A stretch of 64,000 bases of DNA from Pseudobdellovibrionaceae bacterium (GTDB taxonomy: Bacteria; Bdellovibrionota; Bdellovibrionia; Bdellovibrionales; Bdellovibrionaceae), in assembly GCA_044359815.1 (NCBI GenBank), contig JBIKLL010000004.1:1-64000 (forward strand). The letters run 5' to 3'. The notes under the pieces were generated by a model. That model saw nothing but the letters and a program-made list of their open reading frames with translations, did not search any database and was not told where the DNA came from. The position numbers and the translations under genes are program-made. Below are positions 50,016 to 57,527 of the stretch, in pieces (the first letter of the stretch is position 1; each line of letters begins with the position of its first letter).

Positions 50016-50794
50016 ATGATGTTTAAGATGATTTTGTTTTGGATGGTATTAATTAATTTTAGTTTTGCCCAGGCAGAAACAATCAAAGTAGCCGCTGATC
50101 CTTGGTGTCCCTTTACTTGCAGTGCTAAATCTGAAAGGCCAGGTTTTTTGATAGAGGTATTAAAACTGGCATTCGCACCTGAATTTGAGATTGAATATAT
50201 CGAGATGTCGTGGGACCGAGCTTTGAACGAGGTCAGAACAGGCAAGTTCGGAGCCATTGCTGGAGCATTAAAAGAAGATACCCCAGATTTTTTGTTTCCG
50301 ACTGTAAACACGGGGACACAGCTGTCGTGTTTTTTGTACCTGTCAGTTCAAGGCTTGAGTATTCATCACCGGTTTCCCTGCGGGGGATAAAGTTGGGTTA
50401 TGTGAAGGACTATAAATACGGTGAAGAAATTGATGAATATATAAATTCAGTGGGCAGCCGGTCGCCATATCTTAAAGTAGTGTCAGGCACAGATACAACA
50501 TTGCAGTTGCTGGAAAAACTGCATGATCAGAAAATCGAAGTTATGGTCGAAGACAATTCGGTGATCAATTACGTTATTGCAAATTCTAAAAATCCTGGAA
50601 AATTAGCCGTGAAACAATTGGGCTGCAGTAAGGCCCAACCATTGTATGTGGCCTTTTCGCCGACAACCAAGGAAGGATCCAATCGCGCAATCAAAAAACT
50701 GGAATCGGGAATCGAGTCCATGAGCAAAACTGGAAAGCTTGCAGAGATTATGAAAAAATATGGAATCTCTGCTGAGGCCGCCGGGAAAAATTAA
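50016..50794 (+). pseudogene. Periplasmic substrate-binding protein (family 3-like), frameshifted
   Basis: ADPWCPF...PGF..E...W.RA N-terminal half and LGYVKDYKYG...PLYVAFS...G.LAEI.KKY C-terminal half in different frames; one extra T in the T6 run 50330-50335 joins them. Confidence 0.85.
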
Positions 50795-50864
50795 ATTTCA
50801 AAAAATATTTCTATGATTTTACATCTTGTGAATACTAGCTAACGGCCGCGATCCATGTCTAAAA
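50794..50864. repeat. Truncated family II element (arm1 plus partial motif A)
   Basis: AAAAAATATTTCTATGATTTTACATCTTGTGAATACTAGCTAACGGCCGC closely matches 15424-15473 and the reverse complement of 15728-15763. Confidence 0.85.
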
Positions 50865-50867
50865 CAA

Positions 50868-51260
50868 TTAGGTGACTGTAAGAATGTTTGATGAGTCTTG
50901 CAAAAAGTCCTTCCAGTCTTGTTTGCACAATGGGGCCAGGCCGTGTTTGGCTCGAGCTTGATCGCAGCGAATGTTTTGATAACCGTTTTCGTAGGATGCG
51001 CTAAAATTTCTGCAGGTGGATGATCGGTTTTCATAGATAGTGCAGGCCACATATTTGCCGATTTCGCCTGAAAGGGCGACACATTTGAGTTTGTGTTTTC
51101 CGCTAGTGCCTTTCATGGTTCGGTGTTGATCGTCTGAGTCTTCGCAAAGATCTTTGGGGACGGGGTTTTGTTGATCGTTGGGTTCGGCTTCGCGCCAGTA
51201 AAAGGAAACTCTAAAATAGGCGCAGCAGGCACCGCATTTTTGACATGGATGAAGTCCCAT
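50868..51260 (-). CDS. YkgJ family CxxCxxCC zinc/iron-chelating protein
   Basis: PCQKCGACC..FRVSFYW.E, CVAL.G, C.IYENR...CR.F, C..AR..HGL.PL. Confidence 0.9.
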   Translation of the reverse strand: MGLHPCQKCGACCAYFRVSFYWREAEPNDQQNPVPKDLCEDSDDQHRTMKGTSGKHKLKCVALSGEIGKYVACTIYENRSSTCRNFSASYENGYQNIRCDQARAKHGLAPLCKQDWKDFLQDSSNILTVT

Positions 51261-51390
51261 ACAAAAATTCTGTCAGATCCATCATGGGCCAACAACAGGA
51301 CTGGACTATATTGTTTGCCATAGAGCTTGAGCGGTTGGCGGTTTCAATCAATGGTTGCAATGGCTCGGGCTGATGGATTACAAAAGCGCT

Positions 51391-51726
51391 ATGGATTTTT
51401 GGGATAAGCACGGGGTTTTATTTATTATATCAATGGCGTTGTTTCCGCGGCTCACTCTGCTGTTTTCTTCAGTGGCTTTTGGCGGATTGCTGTGGTGGTT
51501 GGGATTTATTTTTGTACCCAGAATTTTAGTAGCGGTATTGGCAACCTTGTCCTATCTGCACACTAACCCTGTGTTGGTGGCATTGTCATGGGTGTGGGCC
51601 CTAAGCGGCGAGACCGCTGAAAAACGCACGGTGATCATCAAAACCAGAGGCCGTTCAAAACATCAGTCGCGGGAACAGTATTCATCCGGCGAAAAAATCG
51701 TCGGCGACGAACGCACACGTTCTTAA
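51391..51726 (+). CDS. Small membrane protein
   Basis: DFW..HG..F.....FPRLTLLF...GG.LWWLG..F.PRILVA; start codon uncertain. Confidence 0.75.
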   Translation: MDFWDKHGVLFIISMALFPRLTLLFSSVAFGGLLWWLGFIFVPRILVAVLATLSYLHTNPVLVALSWVWALSGETAEKRTVIIKTRGRSKHQSREQYSSGEKIVGDERTRS

Positions 51727-51764
51727 GTTTGCTGGCTTTCACTTTCCCCGGGGAAAGTGGTTAA
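51682..51764 (+). repeat. Direct repeat copy 1 (gene 3' end plus 20-bp palindrome)
   Basis: 72/83 identical to 53121-53203 by manual alignment; contains CACTTTCCCCGGGGAAAGTG. Confidence 0.9.
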
Positions 51765-52019
51765 CCCTATTTCTTGCACAAGAATGATTTGCTTTGTTTC
51801 ATTTTGGGACGGGCTTTTGATCACTATGCCGTCTAAATTTTGTATGTCTGTAAGATTAAGGCTCAGCTTCAAGATGAGAATTATGCTTCAACTGCTATTG
51901 AATGGATTTAACCCATGGCAAACACTACTAAATTCGGGTATTGGATTTGCACCCTTAAAAGCTAGAATTTGCTCGTAAAAATCCAAGGTTATATTTGGAT
52001 TTACGAAATGGGGTGGAAT

Positions 52020-53087
52020 ATGTTTTCAAATTTCCTAATCGTCGCAGTGATGATGGGCCTTATCTTTTCACAACATTCGTTAGCGGATACGTTTGTACCT
52101 TATGATGACCCAGAGCTTGGCGGACAACCAGGTTATCAAAGTCCCTCTTCTCCATCGGGAAATTATAATGGCGGAAATTCTTGCGACATTCCCCAATTAA
52201 TTGATGCTCAGCAAAGGTGGATTAATGCCAATCGAAATATTAAAGCGTCCTTAACGGAAACTTCTATTACGCTCAATGCTTTTCCCCATTGCGTAAGCAA
52301 ATGCATGAAAGAGTCGGCCGGAGTGTTTAAGTGTTCATCTTGTAATAAAGAACGCCAAGGATTTCGTGCCCAATGCTCATATCCGCGAACAACAACATTT
52401 GTAGATGATCAACTGCGTGGTGATAGAATTGCTTATGACCGACGTCAATTAGCCTGTGATTTGTCTAAAAATATTTTGAATTCGGATTGGAGATATAAAC
52501 ACGATGGCTTTGAAACAACTTGCAATAATAATAATATTCGACCCGAGCAGCTTGGTATTATGTATTTATGCGTTTCTACTTATTACCAAAATTCCAGGCC
52601 AGTTGCATCCTTTGCAGAGTTCGTAAGAGGGTGCAATCGAAATTATCCTGGATATGATCAGTGTCCCGTAAGGTTTCCCTATGTTCCCTATAATGGTGAT
52701 CCATTACCCTCTTGCGGTGGGCAAAAGCCAGTCAGGATGCCAGGTTATGAAGGTGATCAACTGCGTTTTGACCTTGCACTTAGAGCTGACCGACGAAGTT
52801 TCGCATGTGATTTGTCTTTTAATAATTTGAATACGGATTATAAATATAAACGCGCTGACTCTAAAACAATCTGTAATAGCAATGGTGTACCACGTGAACA
52901 GCTTGGGATTATGTTTTTTTGCGTTTCTTATAGCTACAAATCTCAGAAATACGCATCCTATGCAGAGTATGTAAGAGGATGTAATACGAGTAGACCTGGG
53001 TATAATCAGTACCCCGAATCTATTCCCTATAATGGGAGCCCATCACCCGCTCCCGGAACGCAAAAATCATGGTGGAATCCGTTTTGA
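52020..53087 (+). CDS. Secreted Cys-rich protein with a tandem duplicated domain
   Basis: Signal peptide; two ~95-aa repeats DQLR..DRR..ACDLS.N.LN.D..YK...C....EQLGIM..CVS...AS.AE.VRGCN...PGY.Q. Confidence 0.8.
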   Translation: MFSNFLIVAVMMGLIFSQHSLADTFVPYDDPELGGQPGYQSPSSPSGNYNGGNSCDIPQLIDAQQRWINANRNIKASLTETSITLNAFPHCVSKCMKESAGVFKCSSCNKERQGFRAQCSYPRTTTFVDDQLRGDRIAYDRRQLACDLSKNILNSDWRYKHDGFETTCNNNNIRPEQLGIMYLCVSTYYQNSRPVASFAEFVRGCNRNYPGYDQCPVRFPYVPYNGDPLPSCGGQKPVRMPGYEGDQLRFDLALRADRRSFACDLSFNNLNTDYKYKRADSKTICNSNGVPREQLGIMFFCVSYSYKSQKYASYAEYVRGCNTSRPGYNQYPESIPYNGSPSPAPGTQKSWWNPF

Positions 53088-53120
53088 AGCTATCTTGTCG
53101 AATGGCAGGCCGGTGCAGAA

Positions 53121-53203
53121 TCAGCGGGTGAAAAAATCATCGGGGACGAACGCACACGATCTTGAATTTATTGGCTTTCACTTTCCCCGGGGAAAGTGGG
53201 TAA
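53121..53203 (+). repeat. Direct repeat copy 2 (orphan gene tail plus palindrome)
   Basis: Encodes SAGEKIIGDERTRS* versus SSGEKIVGDERTRS* in copy 1. Confidence 0.9.
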
Positions 53204-53307
53204 GTCATATGGCTGTTGATTTTTTTGACAGTGGAAATGAAAATTTTCAGGATTTTTCGGTTTTAAAGTAAAACCACACTTTTGTTGAGCCTGAGGTATA
53301 TTGAGCG

Positions 53308-54169
53308 ATGATGATTTTAGCTCTGACCCTTTTATTGCAAATGATGTCGTTAAACGCCAACGCGAAATTCATAGCGACAACCAATGCCAATCAATGCGTT
53401 GAGTTGGCTCCGATGGGCTCTGACTGGCATTTTGCCAAGGGTTATACTGAACCTTAACATGTCCATTGAATCCAAAATTTCTGCCTTTGACCAGGCCTGC
53501 GGGGCTTTGAATCTTTATACAGATCAGGCGATGTTTTTTAATGACTTGGTACCATCTGACTATGATTTGCTGACTGATATTTACGAGGCCGCAAATGGAT
53601 TTTGGAACGGCAATGATTTTGGCAAAATGAAATTGCTCAAAATAAAATTGGCAGAAATCAAAAAAAATCCCAAAGCACTGGATCGCGTGAAAGCAGTGTA
53701 CGAGTTAGTGACTGAGCAACAGGGTGAATACGATCCAGAGGCTTTAGAGGCTCAAAAGCAAAACATCAGATACCCGGATTTTCATTTTATTTATTCGCCT
53801 GAAAGAACTTTGCAAACAGGAGGGGTGTGCAGAGATTTTTCGATGCTTTTAAAGTGGGCTTTGATGCAGGTTGCGCGATCATCATCAATATCAAGGGATG
53901 CTGAGGTTTTTACGGCAGATATTAGGGCGGGCAATTTAGTGACGGGGCTTGGTCATATGTGGGTGACAGTGAATCTGCCTGAATACGATTTTTGTGGAAG
54001 GCTGGTGGCTTATCATTCGGTGGATTTAGATCCCACTAATTTTAAAAAGGGCTTTGTGCCGCTAATGCCCTATGCCCGGCGTTTAAGTGATAGTGAGCTG
54101 TTAAAAAGGTTCAATCAGTGTGAGGCAATAAAAAGCTGCCTAAAAACCAGTGGGCATCATTCTAAATAA
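53308..54169 (+). pseudogene. Secreted transglutaminase-like protein, frameshifted near 53450
   Basis: GAGGT RBS and signal peptide ORF 53308-53457; downstream frame has GVCRDF, GHMWV, DLDPT (Cys-His-Asp). Confidence 0.72.
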
Positions 54170-54381
54170 TATCAGTTACTTAAAATTTTAAAGTGTTTTA
54201 CCTGGAACTGTTTGTGGCTTTTAGGGAAAGACTTCTAATTTGATGCGCTTTGGCCATCGGTTTTCAGCCAGGTGAGGGGTTAATTTAAAGGTTTTTGTGT
54301 TAGTTAAATAGGCAATTTGAAGGGTGTTTGAATTAAGCTTGCACAATCAGGGAGTTTTTTTTACTTTGGTTTTCTAAAATT

Positions 54382-54897
54382 TTAGTTGGGGTATAGCCAA
54401 GTTGGTAAGGCAATAGATTTTGATTCTATCATTCCCTGGTTCGAGTCCAGGTACCCCATCCAATTTTCAAAATTAGAGTTTTCACACGAAGAGCCGGGAT
54501 TAACCTCCTGGCTTTTTTGTTTTGTAACCGCAAGTAAATCAAAAGGTTTTCTAAAATTCACCGACAGTTTTCCGTCCTTCCAAATCGAGTTCGATACCAC
54601 AAAATTCAAAATCTTACGCTTTTCCCGCATTTCCTGTTTTTCATAAAGAATTACAGATCGTTGTGCGAGTTCGAGAAGTTGAATCCCTTTTTCCATATAA
54701 GACTGATCTGCCTTCTTGTGCGCTTCTATCTGCCGCAGGATTTTGTCCTGCTCATTTCGCCATTCACCGCTCTTAGAATCAAAAAATTCAGAAGTGATCC
54801 TGCCATCCAGCTTGTCCAGGTACATCGCATCCACGCGCTCGCCTATGCGCTTAAACTGCTCTTGCAGCTTCGAGATCATTTCCTCATGGTATTTCAC
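54382..54897 (-). pseudogene. C-terminal remnant of a large serine recombinase
   Basis: YLDKLDGRI...EWR.EQ...G..LLELA...EKR..L..V.SN..W.DG.L....KPFDLLA; reads into the tRNA antisense (W.G.LDSN); no catalytic N-terminus. Confidence 0.78.
54387..54462 (+). tRNA. tRNA-Gln (anticodon TTG)
   Basis: Acceptor TGGGGTA/TACCCCA, D-arm, ATAGA-TTTTGAT-TCTAT anticodon arm, GGTTCGAGTCC T-loop, encoded CCA. Confidence 0.97.
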
Positions 54898-56033
54898 CTT
54901 TTCGGATTGATCTCAATGGCTACAATTTGGCTCTGAAACGAAGGTGTTCTTCGAAACTCTTGGCCGACGACGGCATTCATCAAGTGTAGAGCGTGCTGAT
55001 TCTCCATAATAGACAATCTATAGTCGGCAACATTGACCACGACATAGCTTTGTCCAAGATCATGGGGTAGCCACCTCCATCTTTCCATATTGACTTCGAT
55101 TTGACTGATCCGATCCTCTATCGGAATATTCAATTCACGAATCGTTTCTGAATTTAAAACTCCATTTGGATCAAGGCCGTGTCTTTGCTGAAAGGTTCGC
55201 AAACCAACTTCGAGATCAGGTCCAAAGAGATCAATCTCAGTTTGATTGTTTATCGTCTCAGGGAGATCCCGACTCGAACGAAGTCTTTCCCTCAGCAGGG
55301 GAATATTTGTTTGGTCATGATCACCAGGCTTCAATTTTAAATCTGAGGGAAGAATCGGCCATGTGTTTATTCTCAAGAGCGCTTTATAGGATTTCATCGC
55401 ATCACGTAGTCGTGCATATTCAAGTACAGGCGGATATAGTGATTTGATGTACTCGCGTAAGGATTCTGGATTGGCAATGGTCTTCAGATCTGCTGAAATT
55501 AAGTTTGTGTCCTTTTTATCTGGAATAAACCACTCAGGATCGACCGAAGAGGGATTCACTTTGCCCTGCCTGATATCGGCGGTCAGCCCCAAGAATGCGG
55601 CCGTCAAATATATATCGAGTCGGGTCAAATCCGATAATACGTGCTCGTCATATTCTTGGATATTGGTAGGTTCAAGTTGGCCTAGAAGGTTCACTATGGA
55701 AGGAAGATAATATGAATGTGGATCCAAGCCGTCGAATTGGGAGCCCTCAATCGCTGTAACAAGCTCGTGGACGGACTTGGATATGCCATTGTTGGTGATC
55801 CATAACGGTTGAAAATTTGATTTGCGATATGCCACTAGAGTTTTTGAATTTGATGTCGCACCAAAATTTAAACTTCTAATTTGAAAATCTATATCCGCCG
55901 ACAACCTGTCATGAATTTGCTCTGTCAGCAGTGGAGGAGAGGAAGGCCTTTCCGTTTTTGCATTCTTGCTGGCACATGAAATTATGAATGGCACAATAAA
56001 AATCAAAAAAAGTGGAATACTTGTTAGATTCAT
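54894..56033 (-). pseudogene. YcbB/LdtD-like L,D-transpeptidase lipoprotein, 3'-truncated
   Basis: DGL.P..Y scaffold, FQ.RHGL..G PG-binding domain, NMERWRWLP, VVG...R.TP; stops at INPKR* before the His/Cys catalytic motif. Confidence 0.82.
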
Positions 56034-56065
56034 CGCACATTGATTGAGCCAGCTACTGCCGTTGA

Positions 56066-56512
56066 TTATTTTTTTATCGGCAATAAGAAATGGACCAATT
56101 CTTTCTGTGGTGTCTTTAGCAAATCTTTTTTGATCCATTCGGTAACATGCTCTTGTACAGCCGGTTCCATGGCTGCCCTTAATTTTCCAAGGAAATGGGG
56201 TTCCGCCACAACCGTCAGTGATTTGAATTTTTTCTTTCGATACTCGCTTTCGAGAAAGTCTGTAACTTTCTTTGCAAATTGCAGCGCCGCTTCTTCATGT
56301 GGGTCATGTCGCTTTGTTTCTGAGTAATGCACAGATCCTCGTCCTGCTGACTTCACTCCTCGACCGGCTTGTTTTCTGACAAGAGCTCGATTTCGCTCTC
56401 TCCCGAGGGGATTATCAAGTTCTTGAAGCTGCTCGAGTCTGTTCCTTTCAGAAACTTCTTTAAAAATTTTAACGGTTTTTTGACTCGCTACCACAAACCA
56501 ATGCCCATGCAT
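56066..56512 (-). CDS. Host attachment protein family (AtsE/release-factor-like)
   Basis: W.VVA, FAK.V...L......F..L.VVAEP.FLG.LR, KDL. Confidence 0.85.
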   Translation of the reverse strand: MHGHWFVVASQKTVKIFKEVSERNRLEQLQELDNPLGRERNRALVRKQAGRGVKSAGRGSVHYSETKRHDPHEEAALQFAKKVTDFLESEYRKKKFKSLTVVAEPHFLGKLRAAMEPAVQEHVTEWIKKDLLKTPQKELVHFLLPIKK

Positions 56513-56548
56513 TTTTTCCTCTTTTCTCTAGAGAACAAGATTGGAATA

Positions 56549-56564
56549 AGCAATCATCATACCG
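56549..56564 (-). promoter_or_regulatory. Putative sigma54 promoter
   Basis: Minus strand CGGTATGATGATTGCT (GG-N10-GC). Confidence 0.5.
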
Positions 56565-56686
56565 CCCTGCGCTTGAGTTAGGTTGATAGCCAGGTTTTCA
56601 AGAGGTGTGCGATGAGACATTTTAGCAGTAGCCCTGACATTTTGGCTCAAATGTAATCGGCTTATCATCTTACCAGTCTTTAATAA

Positions 56687-56702
56687 TGGCTCATTTGATG
56701 CA
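56687..56702 (+). promoter_or_regulatory. Putative sigma54 promoter
   Basis: TGGCTCATTTGATGCA (GG-N10-GC) upstream of the BON gene. Confidence 0.5.
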
Positions 56703-56763
56703 GTAGCAGACTAAAGGATCGCAAGGTTAATTATATCCTTGTGCCAAAAATAGGAGAGCTAAA

Positions 56764-57426
56764 ATGAAGACAGATTCACAAATTCAGACAGATGTTATGC
56801 AAGAATTAAAATGGGATCCCAGTGTGACGCATGAGCATATTGGAGTCGCGGTTTCCGATGGGATCGCGACTCTTTCAGGAACCGTTCCCACATACATTGA
56901 AAAGTCTGCTGCTGAGAAAGCGGCGCAACGAGTTTCTGGTGTAAAGGCTGTTGTTGAGAAAATTGAAGTCAAGTTGCCAGGATCATTCAAAAGAGGCGAT
57001 CAGGAGATCGCTAAAGCCATTGTTAACCATTTTATTTGGAATGTTCAGGTTCCAGATGATTTGGTAAAGCCCAGTGTTGAAGATGGTTGGGTGGACCTAT
57101 CGGGCGAAGTCGAGTGGGACTATCAAAGATCTGCAGCTGAAAAATGTGCTCGTGGCTTAACTGGAGTTATCGGTGTCACAAATAAAATCACTATTAAAGC
57201 AAAAAAAGTTCAGCCTGAAGTTGTTAAGGAAAAAATCGAGACAGCACTTAAGAGAAAAGCCGAACGAGAAGCTCGACGTATTTCTGTCGCCGTGAACGGA
57301 GGCAAAGTTATTTTGTCTGGAAATGTGAGTTCATTTTCAGAGATGCGAGACGCCAGAGGTGCCGCATGGAGCGCTCCTGGTGTTACAAGTGTCGAAAATA
57401 ATTTACACGTTGTCAGCTTTCAATAA
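56764..57426 (+). CDS. Triple BON-domain (OsmY-like) protein
   Basis: D..IQ.DV..EL.WDP, G..TL.G.V, V.GV..V, AW.APGV..V.N.L. Confidence 0.9.
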   Translation: MKTDSQIQTDVMQELKWDPSVTHEHIGVAVSDGIATLSGTVPTYIEKSAAEKAAQRVSGVKAVVEKIEVKLPGSFKRGDQEIAKAIVNHFIWNVQVPDDLVKPSVEDGWVDLSGEVEWDYQRSAAEKCARGLTGVIGVTNKITIKAKKVQPEVVKEKIETALKRKAEREARRISVAVNGGKVILSGNVSSFSEMRDARGAAWSAPGVTSVENNLHVVSFQ

Positions 57427-57436
57427 TGAATCAATG

Positions 57437-57473
57437 GTGGCGATGCCAGATTTCAATTTGGCATCGCTATTTT
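57437..57473 (+). terminator. Hairpin/terminator after the BON gene
   Basis: GGCGATGCCAGA...TTTGGCATCGCT followed by ATTTT. Confidence 0.6.
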
Positions 57474-57527
57474 CGCAATTAAGAAGCGAAGTGCGCGCTA
57501 CAAAATTGGTGGTTTAGGAGATCTAAA

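Noticed and set aside
51682..53203. Diversity-generating retroelement TR/VR pair
   Set aside because: Mismatches are not adenine-specific and no reverse transcriptase is present
53444..53449. TATACT as the -10 of a leaderless transglutaminase gene
   Set aside because: Better explained as coding sequence of the upstream signal-peptide frame
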